Below, one piece after another: positions 1 through 11,145 of a stretch of 63,992 bases of DNA. Both the position numbers and the translations under genes were made by a program. Under the pieces are notes generated by a model. It saw only the letters and a program-made list of their open reading frames with translations, did no database searches and had not been told where the DNA came from. How positions within the stretch are numbered: position 1 is the stretch's first letter; each line of letters opens with the position of its first letter. Origin of the DNA: an uncultured Thermoanaerobaculia bacterium (GTDB lineage: Bacteria; Acidobacteriota; Thermoanaerobaculia; Thermoanaerobaculales; Sulfomarinibacteraceae); contig CAZXNA010000003.1 in NCBI GenBank assembly GCA_964641295.1, forward strand, positions 1 to 63,992. Reading direction: 5' to 3'.

Positions 1-1282
1 TCGTCGTGGCGGTGCGGGGCCGGGTGGCCGCGGGCGCGCCCTGCCTCTCGCCGGGGACCGGCGGGCCCTGCTGCGGGGCCCGTGGCACCTCGGGTTCGGG
101 CGGCGGGGGGTCCTCCAGGGGGAGACGCCGGCGGCCCGGGGTCAAGCGAAACCGCCAAAGGGAGCTCCAGGCGGACTGGACGCCTTCGGTGTCGAGGGCG
201 GCCACCCTCCAGTAGTACGTGCCGGGCAGCACTCCCTTGAGGCGCGCCGACGTCTTGGTCAGGTCCTTGGCATCGATATCCATGGAGCTGGGCAGGAAAC
301 GACGGGACCGGGCCACCTGGAGCAACGAACGGTGTGTTCCGGAAAAAAGCCGCCAGCGGAGCGTCAGGATCGGGGAGCGGTCCAGGTCCACACGCAGGTT
401 GTTCTCGGGTGTGAGCAGGACGGGGGGCTTCGGGATCTGGCCCTTGGCCCCGATGGTCCCGTCCACGAGGGTCGTGACCCGGTCCTGGCGCCGCAACAGC
501 ACCTCGGCGCCGGACTTGGAACGGACGCGCGCCGAACCGGCGTAAGCGGCGACCAGCGTCCGGTGATCCTCCTGATCGACGTTGACCGCAACACGGCTCT
601 CCCGTGCCACCCGGGTTTCTGCACTCTCGGTGGTGACGGTCGAGGAGTTGGACGAAGTGTAGACGTTGAGCCGGCCGACGACCATGGTGACCTTGGCCGG
701 AGCACGCTGATGGGGCTGGCTGTGGATCTCCAGCAGAGAGTCGGGCGCCACCCGGTAGAGGGTTCCGTCGGCGAACAGAACCTCTGCCGAACCGTCGGCC
801 CCGGTTCGGATGTAGTCACCGTTGAACACGGGCAGCCGTTCGCGGGCCGGCTCCCACTCGTTGTGTCCCGCCCGTTCGATATCGACGCGGCCCTGGAGGC
901 TGATGATCTGACCCGCTCCGATGACCTCGCCCTCACCGGCGCCGAGGAAAAACCGGAAACGCTGGTCGGCCGCCCGGGCCAGGCTGATGGCCTCGTTCCA
1001 GCGCTCGGCTCCGTAGGCCTGCCTGGCCTTCTCGAGTTGGGTAGTGGCTTCGTTGAACTCCCGCCGCCAGGTCGAGGGGATTTCCCGTGCCTTGGCGTCG
1101 CGGAGGTCCTTTTCTGCGCGTTCGATGGCCTTCCGCGCCACGGCCTGGGGCGGCTGGTGGAGCCGGAAGTAGGCGAACCCCAGCAGGCTCGCAGCCACCA
1201 GTCCCGTCGCTCCCAGGGCGATGGCGCGCCGAATGGTGTTGATCCGAACAACCACCCAATCGATTTCGATTCCCCGTCCCAA
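1..1282 (-). CDS. FecR-domain, membrane-anchored protein (C-terminus runs off the window; absent from ORF track because no stop is in the window)
   Basis: Manual minus-strand translation from TTG 1282 (GGAGG 10 nt upstream). It reads [39 protein letters not shown] (TM helix), then [32 protein letters not shown] (FecR-like). The frame stays open to base 1. Confidence 0.6.
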   Translation of the reverse strand, partial: MGRGIEIDWVVVRINTIRRAIALGATGLVAASLLGFAYFRLHQPPQAVARKAIERAEKDLRDAKAREIPSTWRREFNEATTQLEKARQAYGAERWNEAISLARAADQRFRFFLGAGEGEVIGAGQIISLQGRVDIERAGHNEWEPARERLPVFNGDYIRTGADGSAEVLFADGTLYRVAPDSLLEIHSQPHQRAPAKVTMVVGRLNVYTSSNSSTVTTESAETRVARESRVAVNVDQEDHRTLVAAYAGSARVRSKSGAEVLLRRQDRVTTLVDGTIGAKGQIPKPPVLLTPENNLRVDLDRSPILTLRWRLFSGTHRSLLQVARSRRFLPSSMDIDAKDLTKTSARLKGVLPGTYYWRVAALDTEGVQSAWSSLWRFRLTPGRRRLPLEDPPPPEPEVPRAPQQGPPVPGERQGAPAATRPRTATT

Positions 1283-1498
1283 CGTGGTCAGACCTCCAAG
1301 AGCCAAGGTACCACGACGCCGCGTCGTCGGGCAAGCGCAAGGGCTTGGGTGACAAGCCCTTGTCCTGTTCCGGGGGGGAATGGTGACGGTCGCCACGGTC
1401 CGTGCCGGCGTGTGGGGCCGGGGCAGGCCCGCTTGCGCCACCGCGAGGGCTCGGCTACACTGCGCTGTCCGAACAGCGGACTTCGGGTGGAGGAGACG

Positions 1499-3454
1499 AT
1501 GGCTCTCAAATTGATGCGGGACAACCTCAAGCACCTCAAATGGATTCTTTGGTTCGTGGTGCTTGTTTTCGTTCTCTTGGTGTTTGTCGACTGGGGAACC
1601 GGTCGGCAGAGCGGTGGCCGGGAAGGCGCGGCCGTTCGCGTCGGTGACACGGTTTTCACGGAGCAGGAGTTCCTCCAGGAGCTGCGATCGACCGAAAACC
1701 GCATGCAGAACCTCTATGGCGAACAGTGGAACCAGATCCGGAGCCGGCTCAACATGGCCGAGCAGACGGCCCAGCAGCTGATCCAACGGCAGTTGCTGAT
1801 CGATGAAGCCCACCGGGCCGGTCTGGTGGTCTCGGACCGGGAGGTTCAGGAGCAGATCCTGTCCTACCCGGCGTTTCGCCAAGAGGATGGCACCTTCATC
1901 GGCGATGCCGCCTACAGGCGGATCCTCCGGGCCAACCAGATGACGCCGGACCGCTTCGAGGCGCAGGTGCGGAGCGATCTCCTGATCCAGAAGCTCCAGG
2001 ACGTCTTGCGCCAGGGGGTGCTCCTCGGTGACGCCGAGGTCGAAGCAGAGGTCCGACGCCAGCGAGAGAGCGCCGATTTCGATCTGGTCATGGTCGGTCT
2101 GCAGCCCTTCCTCGGGAAAGTGTCCGCCGGGGATGCCGAGGTGGAGGCCTACTATGCGGCCCACAAGGACGAGCTGCGCCAGCCCGAGGAGCGGGTCATC
2201 CGTTACCTGGTGGTCGAGACCAACACCCTGCGCCGCCTTCTTCCCGTGGACGAAAAGGAGATCGGTAGTTACTACAAGGATCATCTGGACGAATTCCGCG
2301 AGGGTGAGAGGGCCCACGCCGCCCACATCCTGATCCGGATCCCGTCCAACGGCGGCACCGAGGCGGAGGCCAAGGCCAAGTTGAAGGCCGAGCAGGTGGC
2401 CAAGCTTGCCCGGAGTGGAGCCGACTTCGCGACCCTGGCCAAGAAGTATTCCGAGGACCCGGGCTCCAAGGACAAGGGAGGCGACCTGGGCTGGTTCGAA
2501 CGGGGACGGATGGTCAAGGAGTTTGAGAACGCCGTCTTCTCCCACAAGCCCGGTGAAATCGTCGGTCCCATCAAGTCACAGTTCGGCTACCACATCATCA
2601 AGGTGGAGGGGTTCCGGCCCGCCCGCGTCCGGCCTCTGGCGGAGGTCAAGGACCAGGTCAAGTTCCGTCTTCTGGAGAGCCGGGCCGCCGCGGAGGGCGA
2701 GAGCCGGGCCGCCGCCCTGGCCCGCCGGATCCAACGCGAGAAACCCGATACCGACGAGGCGTGGGACAAGCTCGCCGCGGGAGACGAGGCGGTCAACTCC
2801 TTCATCTCGCCTCCCTTCGGGGAAAAGGACGTCATTCCCGGCGTCGGGCAGAACCCCGAGCTGAGCAAGGCGGCCTTCGCCGCCAAGGTCGGTGACACAG
2901 GCGGTCCCGTCCCAATCTCCCGAGGGTGGCTGATCTGGCAGCTCAAGGAGATCCACCCCGAGGGCGTACCGCCGCTTGAGAAGATCAAGGACAAGGTGGC
3001 CGGCCTCGTCGTCAAGGAGAAGGCGCTCGCAATGGCCCGCGAAAAGGCTGCCGAGTTGGCCGAGGCGTGGAAGACCGGCAAGGATGTGGAGGCGTTGACC
3101 AAGAAGATGGGCGTCGCCGTGACACCGGTGCGTAGCCACAAGCGGGGTCAGCCGATCCCCGGCGTCGGGTCCTCCGTTGAGCTGACCGAGGCGGTCTTCG
3201 GCGCCAGCGCCGGAGATGTCGTCGGGCCGGTGACGGTTCCCGGTCGCGGGGCGGCGGTGGCCAAGGTTGTGGCCGTCACCGTGCTCAGCCCGGAGGAGCT
3301 TCGGGCCGCCATGGCGCCCGTGCGGAAGAGTCTCGAGGATCAGCGGGTCAACAACCTCATCAGCTCGATTCTCGAGGAGCGCCGCCGCAACACGGTGATC
3401 ACGGTGGACCAGCAGTTGATCGATCGCTTCGCCCCCCAGAAGCAGAGCGGATGA
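1499..3454 (+). CDS. PpiD/SurA-type periplasmic peptidyl-prolyl isomerase (parvulin domain)
   Basis: Internal ATG 1499 of ORF 332..3454. N-terminal TM ([18 protein letters not shown]). Parvulin motif AHAAHILI...[21 protein letters not shown]...GYHIIKVEG. Confidence 0.85.
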   Translation: MALKLMRDNLKHLKWILWFVVLVFVLLVFVDWGTGRQSGGREGAAVRVGDTVFTEQEFLQELRSTENRMQNLYGEQWNQIRSRLNMAEQTAQQLIQRQLLIDEAHRAGLVVSDREVQEQILSYPAFRQEDGTFIGDAAYRRILRANQMTPDRFEAQVRSDLLIQKLQDVLRQGVLLGDAEVEAEVRRQRESADFDLVMVGLQPFLGKVSAGDAEVEAYYAAHKDELRQPEERVIRYLVVETNTLRRLLPVDEKEIGSYYKDHLDEFREGERAHAAHILIRIPSNGGTEAEAKAKLKAEQVAKLARSGADFATLAKKYSEDPGSKDKGGDLGWFERGRMVKEFENAVFSHKPGEIVGPIKSQFGYHIIKVEGFRPARVRPLAEVKDQVKFRLLESRAAAEGESRAAALARRIQREKPDTDEAWDKLAAGDEAVNSFISPPFGEKDVIPGVGQNPELSKAAFAAKVGDTGGPVPISRGWLIWQLKEIHPEGVPPLEKIKDKVAGLVVKEKALAMAREKAAELAEAWKTGKDVEALTKKMGVAVTPVRSHKRGQPIPGVGSSVELTEAVFGASAGDVVGPVTVPGRGAAVAKVVAVTVLSPEELRAAMAPVRKSLEDQRVNNLISSILEERRRNTVITVDQQLIDRFAPQKQSG

Positions 3455-3458
3455 GCCC

Positions 3459-4043
3459 GTGATCGGCCGTCTTGAAGGCCAGCTGCACCAGGTGGGACCC
3501 GGCGAGGTCATCGTCGACGCCGGGGGCATCGGGTGGCTGGTCCGCATCGGCCTGCGGACCTTCGAGGCGCTCAGTGGGAAACCCTCCGCGGTTCTCTGGA
3601 CTCACACGTTGGTCCGCTCGGACGAGATCACCCTTTACGGCTTCCCCGACCGCGAGGAGCTGGAGATGTTCCAGCGGCTGATCGCCATCGCGGGGGTCGG
3701 GCCGAGGACGGCCCTGGCGCTCCTTTCCGGCATGTCGCCCGAGGAGCTGGCGGCGGCCGTCGAGGGGGGTGACGCACCCCGGCTCCAGCGTGTTCCCGGC
3801 GTTGGCCGGAAGACCGCGGAGCGGATCATCCTTGAGCTTCGGGGCCGTTTGCCCGTGGGGGCCGGCGCGGGTTCGGCGCCGGGCGGTGACGCCTCGAGCG
3901 ACGCAGTGTCCGCACTGATGAACCTGGGCTACGCGGCCCGCGAGTCCGAACGGGCGGTCCGGGCGGCCGCAGCGGAGTGCCCTGACGCCGCGCTTTCCGA
4001 GCTCCTGAGGGTCGCTCTTCGTCGGCTCAACGAGGCACCATGA
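3459..4043 (+). CDS. ruvA: Holliday junction branch migration protein RuvA
   Basis: MIGRLEGQL...GIGWLVRI, HhH motifs ([25 protein letters not shown]). GTG start, 4-nt overlap with ruvB. Confidence 0.9.
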   Translation: MIGRLEGQLHQVGPGEVIVDAGGIGWLVRIGLRTFEALSGKPSAVLWTHTLVRSDEITLYGFPDREELEMFQRLIAIAGVGPRTALALLSGMSPEELAAAVEGGDAPRLQRVPGVGRKTAERIILELRGRLPVGAGAGSAPGGDASSDAVSALMNLGYAARESERAVRAAAAECPDAALSELLRVALRRLNEAP

Positions 4044-5065
4044 ACGACGAGGTGCTCCGGAGCGACGCCGGGCCCGACGAGGGGAAGTTCGAGGAGACCC
4101 TTCGGCCCAGGGCCCTGGCCGAGTTCGTCGGCCAGGCGCAGCTTCGGGCCAATCTGGAGGTGTTCATCTCGGCGGCCCGCGACCGTGGGGAAACCCTGGA
4201 CCACGTGCTCTTTGCGGGGCCTCCGGGCCTCGGGAAGACGACCCTGGCCAAGATCATCGCCGTGGAGATGGGGGCGGAGATCCACCACACCTCCGGACCC
4301 GTGCTGGAACGGGCGGGGGACCTGGCGGCCCTGATGACCAGCCTCCAGGAGGGGGACGTGCTCTTTATCGACGAGATCCACCGGCTGGGGCCCGCTGTGG
4401 AGGAGATCCTCTACCCGGCCATGGAGGACTTCGAATTGGACCTGGTCATCGGCCAGGGACCGGGCGCACGCTCCGTCCGCCTGACCCTCCCCCGCTTCAC
4501 CCTGGTGGGGGCGACGACGCGCATGGGTCTGTTGACCGGGCCCCTGCGGGATCGCTTCGGTATTGTGCACCGCCTGGGCTTCTACCGGCCGGAGGAGCTC
4601 GAGACCATCGTCCGGCGTTCCGCCCGGATCCTGGGGATCGCCATCGACGGCGACGCGGCGTCGGAGATCGCCTCTCGGTCGCGGGGCACACCGCGGATCG
4701 CCAACCGGATGCTTCGGCGGGTCCGTGATTTCGCCCACCACCTCAAGACCGAGGGGGTGACGCTGGAGGCGACGCGTTGGGGCCTCGCGCAGATGGAGGT
4801 GGACAGCATCGGGCTGGATCCGGTTGATCGCCGCCTGCTGATGACCATCATCGAGATCTACGGAGGCGGTCCCGTGGGCCTCAAGGCCATCGCGGCCTCC
4901 ATGGGGGAGGACCAGGGAACCCTGGAGGACATCCACGAGCCATACCTGCTGCAGATCGGCTTCCTCCGCCGCACCTCTCGCGGGAGGATGGTCACGCCCA
5001 GGGCCCTGCACCACCTGGGGCTGGAGACGCCGGGCGGCGGCCCCCTGTTCGAGGACGAGGGGTGA
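4040..5065 (+). CDS. ruvB: Holliday junction DNA helicase RuvB
   Basis: Walker [38 protein letters not shown]; full-length RuvB pattern. Confidence 0.95.
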   Translation: MNDEVLRSDAGPDEGKFEETLRPRALAEFVGQAQLRANLEVFISAARDRGETLDHVLFAGPPGLGKTTLAKIIAVEMGAEIHHTSGPVLERAGDLAALMTSLQEGDVLFIDEIHRLGPAVEEILYPAMEDFELDLVIGQGPGARSVRLTLPRFTLVGATTRMGLLTGPLRDRFGIVHRLGFYRPEELETIVRRSARILGIAIDGDAASEIASRSRGTPRIANRMLRRVRDFAHHLKTEGVTLEATRWGLAQMEVDSIGLDPVDRRLLMTIIEIYGGGPVGLKAIAASMGEDQGTLEDIHEPYLLQIGFLRRTSRGRMVTPRALHHLGLETPGGGPLFEDEG

Positions 5066-5973
5066 ACCGGACCCTCTCGCTGATCTACTCACCGGTCTCC
5101 GGCAGGGGTCGTCTGCTCCGGAGGCTTCCCCTGGTGCAACGGAAGGCCGAGGAGCTGGGGGTGTCCCTGCGTCTGCTGGAGACCCGCGCCCCCGGTCATG
5201 CCACCGAGCTGGCGGCCCAGTGCGCCCATGCCGGCGAGGACCTCGTCTTCGCCTACGGCGGCGACGGAACCTACAACGAGGTGGCCAGGGGCCTCCTGGG
5301 TACGGCCACGGCCATGGCCATGCTTCCCGGCGGGACGACCTCGGTGCTGGCCTACGAGCTCGACATCCCACGGCCGGCCCAGGCAGCCCTGCCGGCCCTC
5401 CTGGCCGGTGAAGACCGGGCCATGCGTTGCGGCAGGACTGACCGGGACCAGATTTTCCTGATGATGCTCTCGGCGGGCCCCGACGCCGTGGTCCTCGACC
5501 GCCTGGACACCGGGCTCAAGCTCAAGGGGGGCAAGCTGGGGATCGCGGTCCAGGCCGTGCGGGAGATGGGACGGGGGCCCCTTCCCCAGGTGCGGGTGAC
5601 GGCAGGCCCGTGGACGGAAACCGGCGGGTGGGTCATCGTCGGCAACATTCGCTGCTACGGCGGCCCCTTCCACGCGACGCCCGGGGCGGATCCCTTCTCG
5701 GAACACCTGGAGATCGTCCTGCAGCGGAGGGTCGGCAGACTGGCGGCGCTGCCCTTCTTCTTCTCCATCCCACTGGGCCGTCACCTCAGGCGGCGCGACG
5801 TGGTACGGCGCAGTGTGGAGCGGCTACGCCTCGAGCCCGCCGTCGCCGGAGAGCGCGTGCCCTACCAGATCGACGGCGACCCCGGGGGGACGCTTCCCGT
5901 TGACATCTCCGTGGCGCCGGAGTCCGTCTGGGTCCGCCTGCCCGAGGCCACCTCGCCGGGCAACCCCTCCTGA
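5062..5973 (+). CDS. Diacylglycerol/lipid kinase family protein (YegS/BmrU-like)
   Basis: [13 protein letters not shown] and [10 protein letters not shown] motifs; GTG start overlapping the ruvB stop. Confidence 0.75.
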   Translation: MNRTLSLIYSPVSGRGRLLRRLPLVQRKAEELGVSLRLLETRAPGHATELAAQCAHAGEDLVFAYGGDGTYNEVARGLLGTATAMAMLPGGTTSVLAYELDIPRPAQAALPALLAGEDRAMRCGRTDRDQIFLMMLSAGPDAVVLDRLDTGLKLKGGKLGIAVQAVREMGRGPLPQVRVTAGPWTETGGWVIVGNIRCYGGPFHATPGADPFSEHLEIVLQRRVGRLAALPFFFSIPLGRHLRRRDVVRRSVERLRLEPAVAGERVPYQIDGDPGGTLPVDISVAPESVWVRLPEATSPGNPS

Positions 5974-5979
5974 TCGTTT

Positions 5980-5997
5980 CCGGCCGAAGGCGGCCGG
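5980..5997. terminator. GC hairpin between convergent genes (weak terminator candidate)
   Basis: CCGGCCG-AAGG-CGGCCGG, 7-bp stem, between the lipid kinase stop and the cysK stop. No clear U-tract. Confidence 0.3.
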
Positions 5998-6003
5998 TCT
6001 GGA

Positions 6004-6939
6004 TCAGTCGTCAAGGCCCTCGAAAAGCGGTGTCGAGAGGTAGCGCTCGGAAGTTGAGGGGGCGATGAAAACGATACGTTTGCCCTCGTTTTCCGGCCGG
6101 GCGGCCAGCTGGAGGGCGGCGAAGCAGGCCGCTCCCGTCGAGATTCCCGGAAGGAGCCCCTCCTGGGCCGCCAGGCGACGGGCCGTTGTGAAGGCCTCCT
6201 CACCGCTGACCTGAACGATCTCGTCGATGAGGTCGACCTGGAGGTTGGCAGGGATGAAGCCTGCTCCAATCCCCTGGATCGGGTGCGGTCCCGGTTGGCC
6301 ACCGGAGATGACGGCGGATGCGGAGGGCTCGACGGCGACGATCCGCACCCTGGGCCGTCTGGCTTTCCAGAAGCGGGCAACACCGGTCAAGGTGCCGCCG
6401 GTACCCACGCCAGCGACGAAGATATCCATGGTGCCCTCGGTGTCGCGCCACAGCTCCACGGCGGTGGTCGCTTCGTGGACGGCGGGGTTGGCCGGGTTGG
6501 AGAACTGGTCGGGAATGGCGGCGTCGGCGGTCTCCGCCACGATCTCCTCGGCGCGCTCCCGGGCACGGCCCATCCCCCCCTCGGCCGGCGTCAGCTCCAC
6601 GCGGGCTCCCAGGAGCTGGATGACCCGGCGCCGTTCGATGGAAACGGACTCGGGCATGACGAGAATGCAGCGGTAGCCCCGGGCCGCCGCCACCATGGCC
6701 AGGGCGATGCCGGTATTGCCCGAGGTGGGCTCGACGATGGTGGACCGCCCGGGGACGAGCCGGCCGTCCTGCTCCATGGCGTCGACCATTGCCACACCGA
6801 TCCTGTCCTTGACCGAGTGCGTGGGGTTGAAGAACTCCAGCTTCGCCAGGACGGTGCCGGGTAACCCGGCTGCCAGGCGGTCGAGACGAACCAGCGGCGT
6901 GTTGCCGACGAGATGACGGGTGTCCGAAGCCATGTCCAT
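6004..6939 (-). CDS. cysK: Cysteine synthase A (O-acetylserine sulfhydrylase)
   Basis: [22 protein letters not shown] (PLP lysine), GTGGTLTG; 311 aa. Confidence 0.9.
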   Translation of the reverse strand: MDMASDTRHLVGNTPLVRLDRLAAGLPGTVLAKLEFFNPTHSVKDRIGVAMVDAMEQDGRLVPGRSTIVEPTSGNTGIALAMVAAARGYRCILVMPESVSIERRRVIQLLGARVELTPAEGGMGRARERAEEIVAETADAAIPDQFSNPANPAVHEATTAVELWRDTEGTMDIFVAGVGTGGTLTGVARFWKARRPRVRIVAVEPSASAVISGGQPGPHPIQGIGAGFIPANLQVDLIDEIVQVSGEEAFTTARRLAAQEGLLPGISTGAACFAALQLAARPENEGKRIVFIAPSTSERYLSTPLFEGLDD

Positions 6940-7045
6940 GATCTACCCCCCTTCCAGATACAACGTTCGAAGCCGCAGAAGATTTCCAGGTTCAAACAAC
7001 TGTGCCGGGAATCCCCATGGGTTACAATGGCCCCGGAGGTTGGAT

Positions 7046-8047
7046 ATGGGTTTTCTCGAGGAACTTCAGGATCGTGCCCGGAGTGTTGGTGGACACATCG
7101 TCCTACCCGAGGGGGACGATCCGAGGGTAATCGAGGCGGCGTTCACTCTTCGGGCCGGCGACATCTGCCGGGTCACCCTGCTCTGCCCCACCGGCCGGCG
7201 GACGGAGCGGCACGAGGAGCTGGCCTCCCACGGGGTCGAGGTCGTCGATCCCGCGACGGACCCCCGGCATGAGGCCCTGGCGATCCACCTGGCCGAGCGC
7301 CGCCGCGCCAAGGGAATGACCCTCGAGGCCGCCCGGGAACAGGTCGTCGACCCCCTGTACTTCGCCGCCGGCCTCGTGGCGACCGGGGAGGCATCGGGCT
7401 CGGTTGGCGGCGCGGTTCGCACCACGGCCGATTCCGTACGTGCCGCGCTGCACTGTATCGGCGCCAGGCCGGGACTAAAGACCGTCTCTTCCTGCTTCGT
7501 CATGGTGCACCCCGATCCCCGCTGGGGCAGCGACGGTGTCATGGTGTTCTCCGACTGCGCCGTGGTCCCGGACCCGGACCCCGTGGCCCTGGCCGAGATC
7601 GCCATGGCGGCGGCCGCGAGCTTCCGGAGCATCGTCGGGGACGAGCCGCGGGTGGCCCTGCTCTCCTTCTCGACCAGGGGAAGTGCCGAGCACCCCCTGG
7701 TGGATAAGGTCCGCGAGGCCGTCCACGAGCTCGAGGGCAGGGAGCCGGACTTCGAGTTCGACGGCGAGCTCCAGCTGGACGCCGCCCTGATCGAGAGCAT
7801 CGGTATGCGCAAGGCCCCGGGCTCTCCCGTGGCGGGACACGCCAACGTGCTGGTGTTTCCCGATCTTAACGCCGGGAACATCTGCTACAAGGCCACGGAA
7901 CGCCTGGGCGGCGCCCGGGCCCTCGGCCCCTTGCTCCAGGGCCTGGCCCGTCCTGCCAACGATCTAAGCCGCGGATGCTCCGCCGCGGATATCGTGGAAA
8001 CGGCCTGCCTGACCCTCCTGCAGGCGGCCGGGGGGGGCGAGCGATGA
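7046..8047 (+). CDS. pta: Phosphate acetyltransferase (short PTA_PTB form)
   Basis: Internal ATG 7046 with GGAGG at 7035..7039. [43 protein letters not shown]. Confidence 0.85.
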   Translation: MGFLEELQDRARSVGGHIVLPEGDDPRVIEAAFTLRAGDICRVTLLCPTGRRTERHEELASHGVEVVDPATDPRHEALAIHLAERRRAKGMTLEAAREQVVDPLYFAAGLVATGEASGSVGGAVRTTADSVRAALHCIGARPGLKTVSSCFVMVHPDPRWGSDGVMVFSDCAVVPDPDPVALAEIAMAAAASFRSIVGDEPRVALLSFSTRGSAEHPLVDKVREAVHELEGREPDFEFDGELQLDAALIESIGMRKAPGSPVAGHANVLVFPDLNAGNICYKATERLGGARALGPLLQGLARPANDLSRGCSAADIVETACLTLLQAAGGGER

Positions 8048-9327
8048 AGGCCCTGGTCATCGGATCGGGGGCGCGGGAGCACGCCATCGTGCACGCCCTC
8101 AGGCGGTCACCGAGCGTTACGGAGATCTACGCCGCGCCGGGGAATCCGGGCATCGCCGAGGCGGCCGACGTGCTGCCCATCGCCGTGGACGACATCCCCT
8201 CCCTGGCCGAGGCGGCCGCGGACCTCAGGATCGATCTGACCGTCGTCGGACCCGAGCTTCCCCTGGCCCTGGGCATCGGTGACACCTTTGCCGGGAAGGG
8301 GCTGCGCCTTTTCGGTCCGACGAGTCACGCGGCCCAGCTGGAGGCCAGCAAGGTCTTCGCCAAGGAGTTTTGCCTGCGGAACGACATCCCGACGGCCCGG
8401 GCCCGGGTGGCCCGGACCCGTGACGAGGCCGCCGCCGCCGCCCGCGAGATCGGACTCCCGCTGGTGCTCAAGGCGGACGGTCTGGCCGCCGGCAAGGGTG
8501 TGCTGATCGTCGAGGACGAGGAGGGCCTCGAAGAGGCGTTCGACGTGTTCTACGAGGAGCGGCGTTTCGGCGACGCCGGAGAGAAGATCCTGGTGGAGGA
8601 GTTTCTCGAGGGCGAGGAGCTCTCCTTCATGGTCATCAGTGACGGACGGCGTTTCGTGCCTCTGGCCACCTCCCATGACTACAAGCGGGCCCTGGACGGC
8701 GATCAAGGCCCCAACACCGGTGGCATGGGATCCCACTCCCCGGCGGTTCTGACGTCCGGCCTTGGACGGGAGATCATCGATACGGTGGTCCGACCGACGA
8801 TCGCCGGCATGGAGGCCGAGGGAAGGACCTACCGGGGCGTGCTCTACGTCGGCCTGATGCTGACCTCCAAGGGTCCCATGGTCCTGGAATTCAACTGCCG
8901 TCTCGGGGATCCCGAGGCGCAGTCGATCCTCCTCCGGCTTGAAGATGATCTCGGCCAGGCCCTCACCGCGGCAGCGGACGGCGCCCTGAGCCACGCCTCC
9001 TTCTCGTGGCGGAGGGAGGCTGTCGCCTGCGTCGTGCTGGCGGCCCACGGCTATCCCGGGAACGTTCGCCGGGGTGATGTCATCACGGGAATCGACGAGG
9101 CGCTGACCCTCCCCAGGGTGACCGTGTACCAGGCCGGGACCGCCCGCGACGAGGAGGGACGGCTGATCACGGCCGGTGGACGCGTCCTTTCCGTCTGCGG
9201 ACGAGGGGCCAACCTGGCCGACGCCCTGGCCACGGCCTACGCTGGCGTCGAGAAGATCCACTTTGAGGGTAAGCGCTACCGTACCGATATCGGTGCCGAT
9301 AGCTTGGCCCGTCTCGGAGGAAGTTGA
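8044..9327 (+). CDS. purD: Phosphoribosylamine--glycine ligase
   Basis: [19 protein letters not shown]; ATP-grasp [17 protein letters not shown]; ATGA overlap with the pta stop. Confidence 0.95.
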   Translation: MKALVIGSGAREHAIVHALRRSPSVTEIYAAPGNPGIAEAADVLPIAVDDIPSLAEAAADLRIDLTVVGPELPLALGIGDTFAGKGLRLFGPTSHAAQLEASKVFAKEFCLRNDIPTARARVARTRDEAAAAAREIGLPLVLKADGLAAGKGVLIVEDEEGLEEAFDVFYEERRFGDAGEKILVEEFLEGEELSFMVISDGRRFVPLATSHDYKRALDGDQGPNTGGMGSHSPAVLTSGLGREIIDTVVRPTIAGMEAEGRTYRGVLYVGLMLTSKGPMVLEFNCRLGDPEAQSILLRLEDDLGQALTAAADGALSHASFSWRREAVACVVLAAHGYPGNVRRGDVITGIDEALTLPRVTVYQAGTARDEEGRLITAGGRVLSVCGRGANLADALATAYAGVEKIHFEGKRYRTDIGADSLARLGGS

Positions 9328-9839
9328 TGGAAAGAACCGACGTGGCCGTGCTCATGGGCTCGGCCAGCGATTGGCCGGCCGTCCGGCCGGCCACGGAGAT
9401 CTTGCGGACCATGGGCCTTTCCTTCGAGGTCCACGTCACCTCGGCCCACAGAACGCCGGAGCGGACCGTCAAGCTCGTCCGCCGCGCCGAGGAGGCGGGC
9501 GTCAGCGTCTTCATCTGTGCGGCGGGCATGGCGGCCCATCTTGCCGGCGCGGTGGCGGCGCTGACCACGCGCCCCGTTCTCGGCGTTCCCCTGGCGGGAG
9601 GTGTTCTCGATGGAGTGGACGCCCTGCTGTCCACCGTCCAGATGCCGCCGGGGATTCCCGTGGCAACTTTCGCTGTCGGGACGGCCGGAGCGAAGAACGC
9701 CGCTCATTTTGCCGCCCAGATTGTCGCTACGAAACGGTCCGAGATAGAGGCGGCCATCGACGAACAACGCGCCCGGGGGGTGGCCAAGGTGGAGGCCGGG
9801 GAAGCGGCCATCGCGGAGGAGCTCGGGGGCGCCTCGTGA
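9327..9839 (+). CDS. purE: 5-(carboxyamino)imidazole ribonucleotide mutase
   Basis: VAVLMGSASDW...VTSAHRTPE...AGMAAHLAG. The start overlaps the purD stop (TTG 9324 is the alternative). Confidence 0.9.
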   Translation: MERTDVAVLMGSASDWPAVRPATEILRTMGLSFEVHVTSAHRTPERTVKLVRRAEEAGVSVFICAAGMAAHLAGAVAALTTRPVLGVPLAGGVLDGVDALLSTVQMPPGIPVATFAVGTAGAKNAAHFAAQIVATKRSEIEAAIDEQRARGVAKVEAGEAAIAEELGGAS

Positions 9840-10528
9840 GCTGTGCCCACTGTGCGCTCTCCGTTCCGTCCCTGGAGGACGGGTGGATCCCGGTCATCGT
9901 CGATCCCGATGCGGCCGCCCTGCCCTGCCAGCGGGGGGAGCTCGACCTGGTCCACGACGAGCAGGTTGTGGTGGAGACACCGGACGGCCCATACATCGGT
10001 CGGGTCTCCCTCTTCTGTACACCCATCGTCAAGACCCCGGAGATCCGGTCGGGACGCGTTCTTCGGCGACCCACGGAGGAGGACCTGTCCAGGCAGAGGA
10101 ACGCCGACGATGTCGCCGCCGAGATCGAACGGTACCTCAAGTCCCGAGTCGCTCAACTCGGGCTGGATCTGCGCCCGCTCAAGGTCCGCATTCCCCTGGT
10201 GGGATCGCGCGCCGTAGTCTATTTTTCCTCCGAGCAGCGGGTCGACTTTCGGAGGCTCGTGCGGGGAATGGCCCGCCGCTTCCGGCGGCGGATCGAGATG
10301 CGTCCCCTTGGGGTGCGAGACGGGGCGAAGCTCGTGGGCGCCCTGGGCCCCTGCGGACGGAGTCTCTGTTGCGTGACGTTCATGAACCGCTTCCACTCGG
10401 TGACCGTTCGGATGGCCAAGCGCCAGAACCTCAGCCTCAATCCCACCAAGATCTCAGGGATGTGCGGCCGCCTGATGTGTTGCCTGGCCCACGAGGTGGA
10501 CCAGTACCCGAAACCCCAGCGCAAGTGA
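9836..10528 (+). CDS. PSP1 domain protein (YaaT/RicT-like)
   Basis: GTG 9836 overlaps the purE stop. C-terminal Cys cluster GPCGRSLCCVTFM...ISGMCGRLMCCLAHE is typical of PSP1. Confidence 0.75.
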   Translation: MSCAHCALSVPSLEDGWIPVIVDPDAAALPCQRGELDLVHDEQVVVETPDGPYIGRVSLFCTPIVKTPEIRSGRVLRRPTEEDLSRQRNADDVAAEIERYLKSRVAQLGLDLRPLKVRIPLVGSRAVVYFSSEQRVDFRRLVRGMARRFRRRIEMRPLGVRDGAKLVGALGPCGRSLCCVTFMNRFHSVTVRMAKRQNLSLNPTKISGMCGRLMCCLAHEVDQYPKPQRK

Positions 10529-10711
10529 GCCGCAGACCGGCGGATGTTGCCGCAGTGTGACGAGGGCTCCGTGCGGCCCGGACGGGAATGGGGTATGATG
10601 ATGACAGGGTAACCTCTGAAGAACGGTGGCGCGGGAGTTGCATGACTCCGGTCAGGAGACGAAGCGTCGCGGACCGAGATCGATTGAGGATACGAGCCGG
10701 GGAGATGCCAT

Positions 10712-11050
10712 ATGTCCGAACGCAAACTAATCCGTCCCTCACTGGGTGAAATGATGGAACGCTACCCCGTCCGGTCGGCGACGCGCCGAAAGCAGGTGCC
10801 GGCCGAGCAAACGAACGCGGAGAACTTCTACTACCTCAAACAGATGCAGGCGAAGACCCCCATGGTCGTCGTCCTGATGGATGGCACTGAGCTCAACGGC
10901 TGGATCGAGTGGTACGACAAGAACTGCATCAAGCTCAACCGCAACGACGCGCCCAACCTCGTCCTGTTCAAGCACTCCATCAAGTTCATGTTCAAGGAGG
11001 AAGAGCTCCGCTCCCGGCGCCGGAAGAGAACCACCACGCCGCGCCGTTGA
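10712..11050 (+). CDS. hfq: Hfq/Sm-like RNA-binding protein with N-terminal extension and basic tail
   Basis: ENFYYLKQMQAKTPMVVVLMDGTELNGWIEWYDKNCIKLNRNDAPNLVLFKHSIKFMF aligns with the Hfq Sm1/Sm2 pattern (FLN...V.I.L.NG..L.G.I..FD.F...L.......V.KHAIS). Confidence 0.55.
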   Translation: MSERKLIRPSLGEMMERYPVRSATRRKQVPAEQTNAENFYYLKQMQAKTPMVVVLMDGTELNGWIEWYDKNCIKLNRNDAPNLVLFKHSIKFMFKEEELRSRRRKRTTTPRR

Positions 11051-11059
11051 GGCGTCACT

Positions 11060-11096
11060 GTGCCGGGCTGGCGCGCCGCGGCGCGCTGTTCGGCAC
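11060..11096. terminator. Hairpin between convergent hfq-like and minD-like genes
   Basis: GTGCCG..GCGCGCCGCGGCGCGC..CGGCAC nested palindrome; no U-tract. Confidence 0.35.
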
Positions 11097-11145
11097 GGGG
11101 CCCAACGATCCTCGAGGTACAGTGAACTGAGAACGCCGCTCTGGC

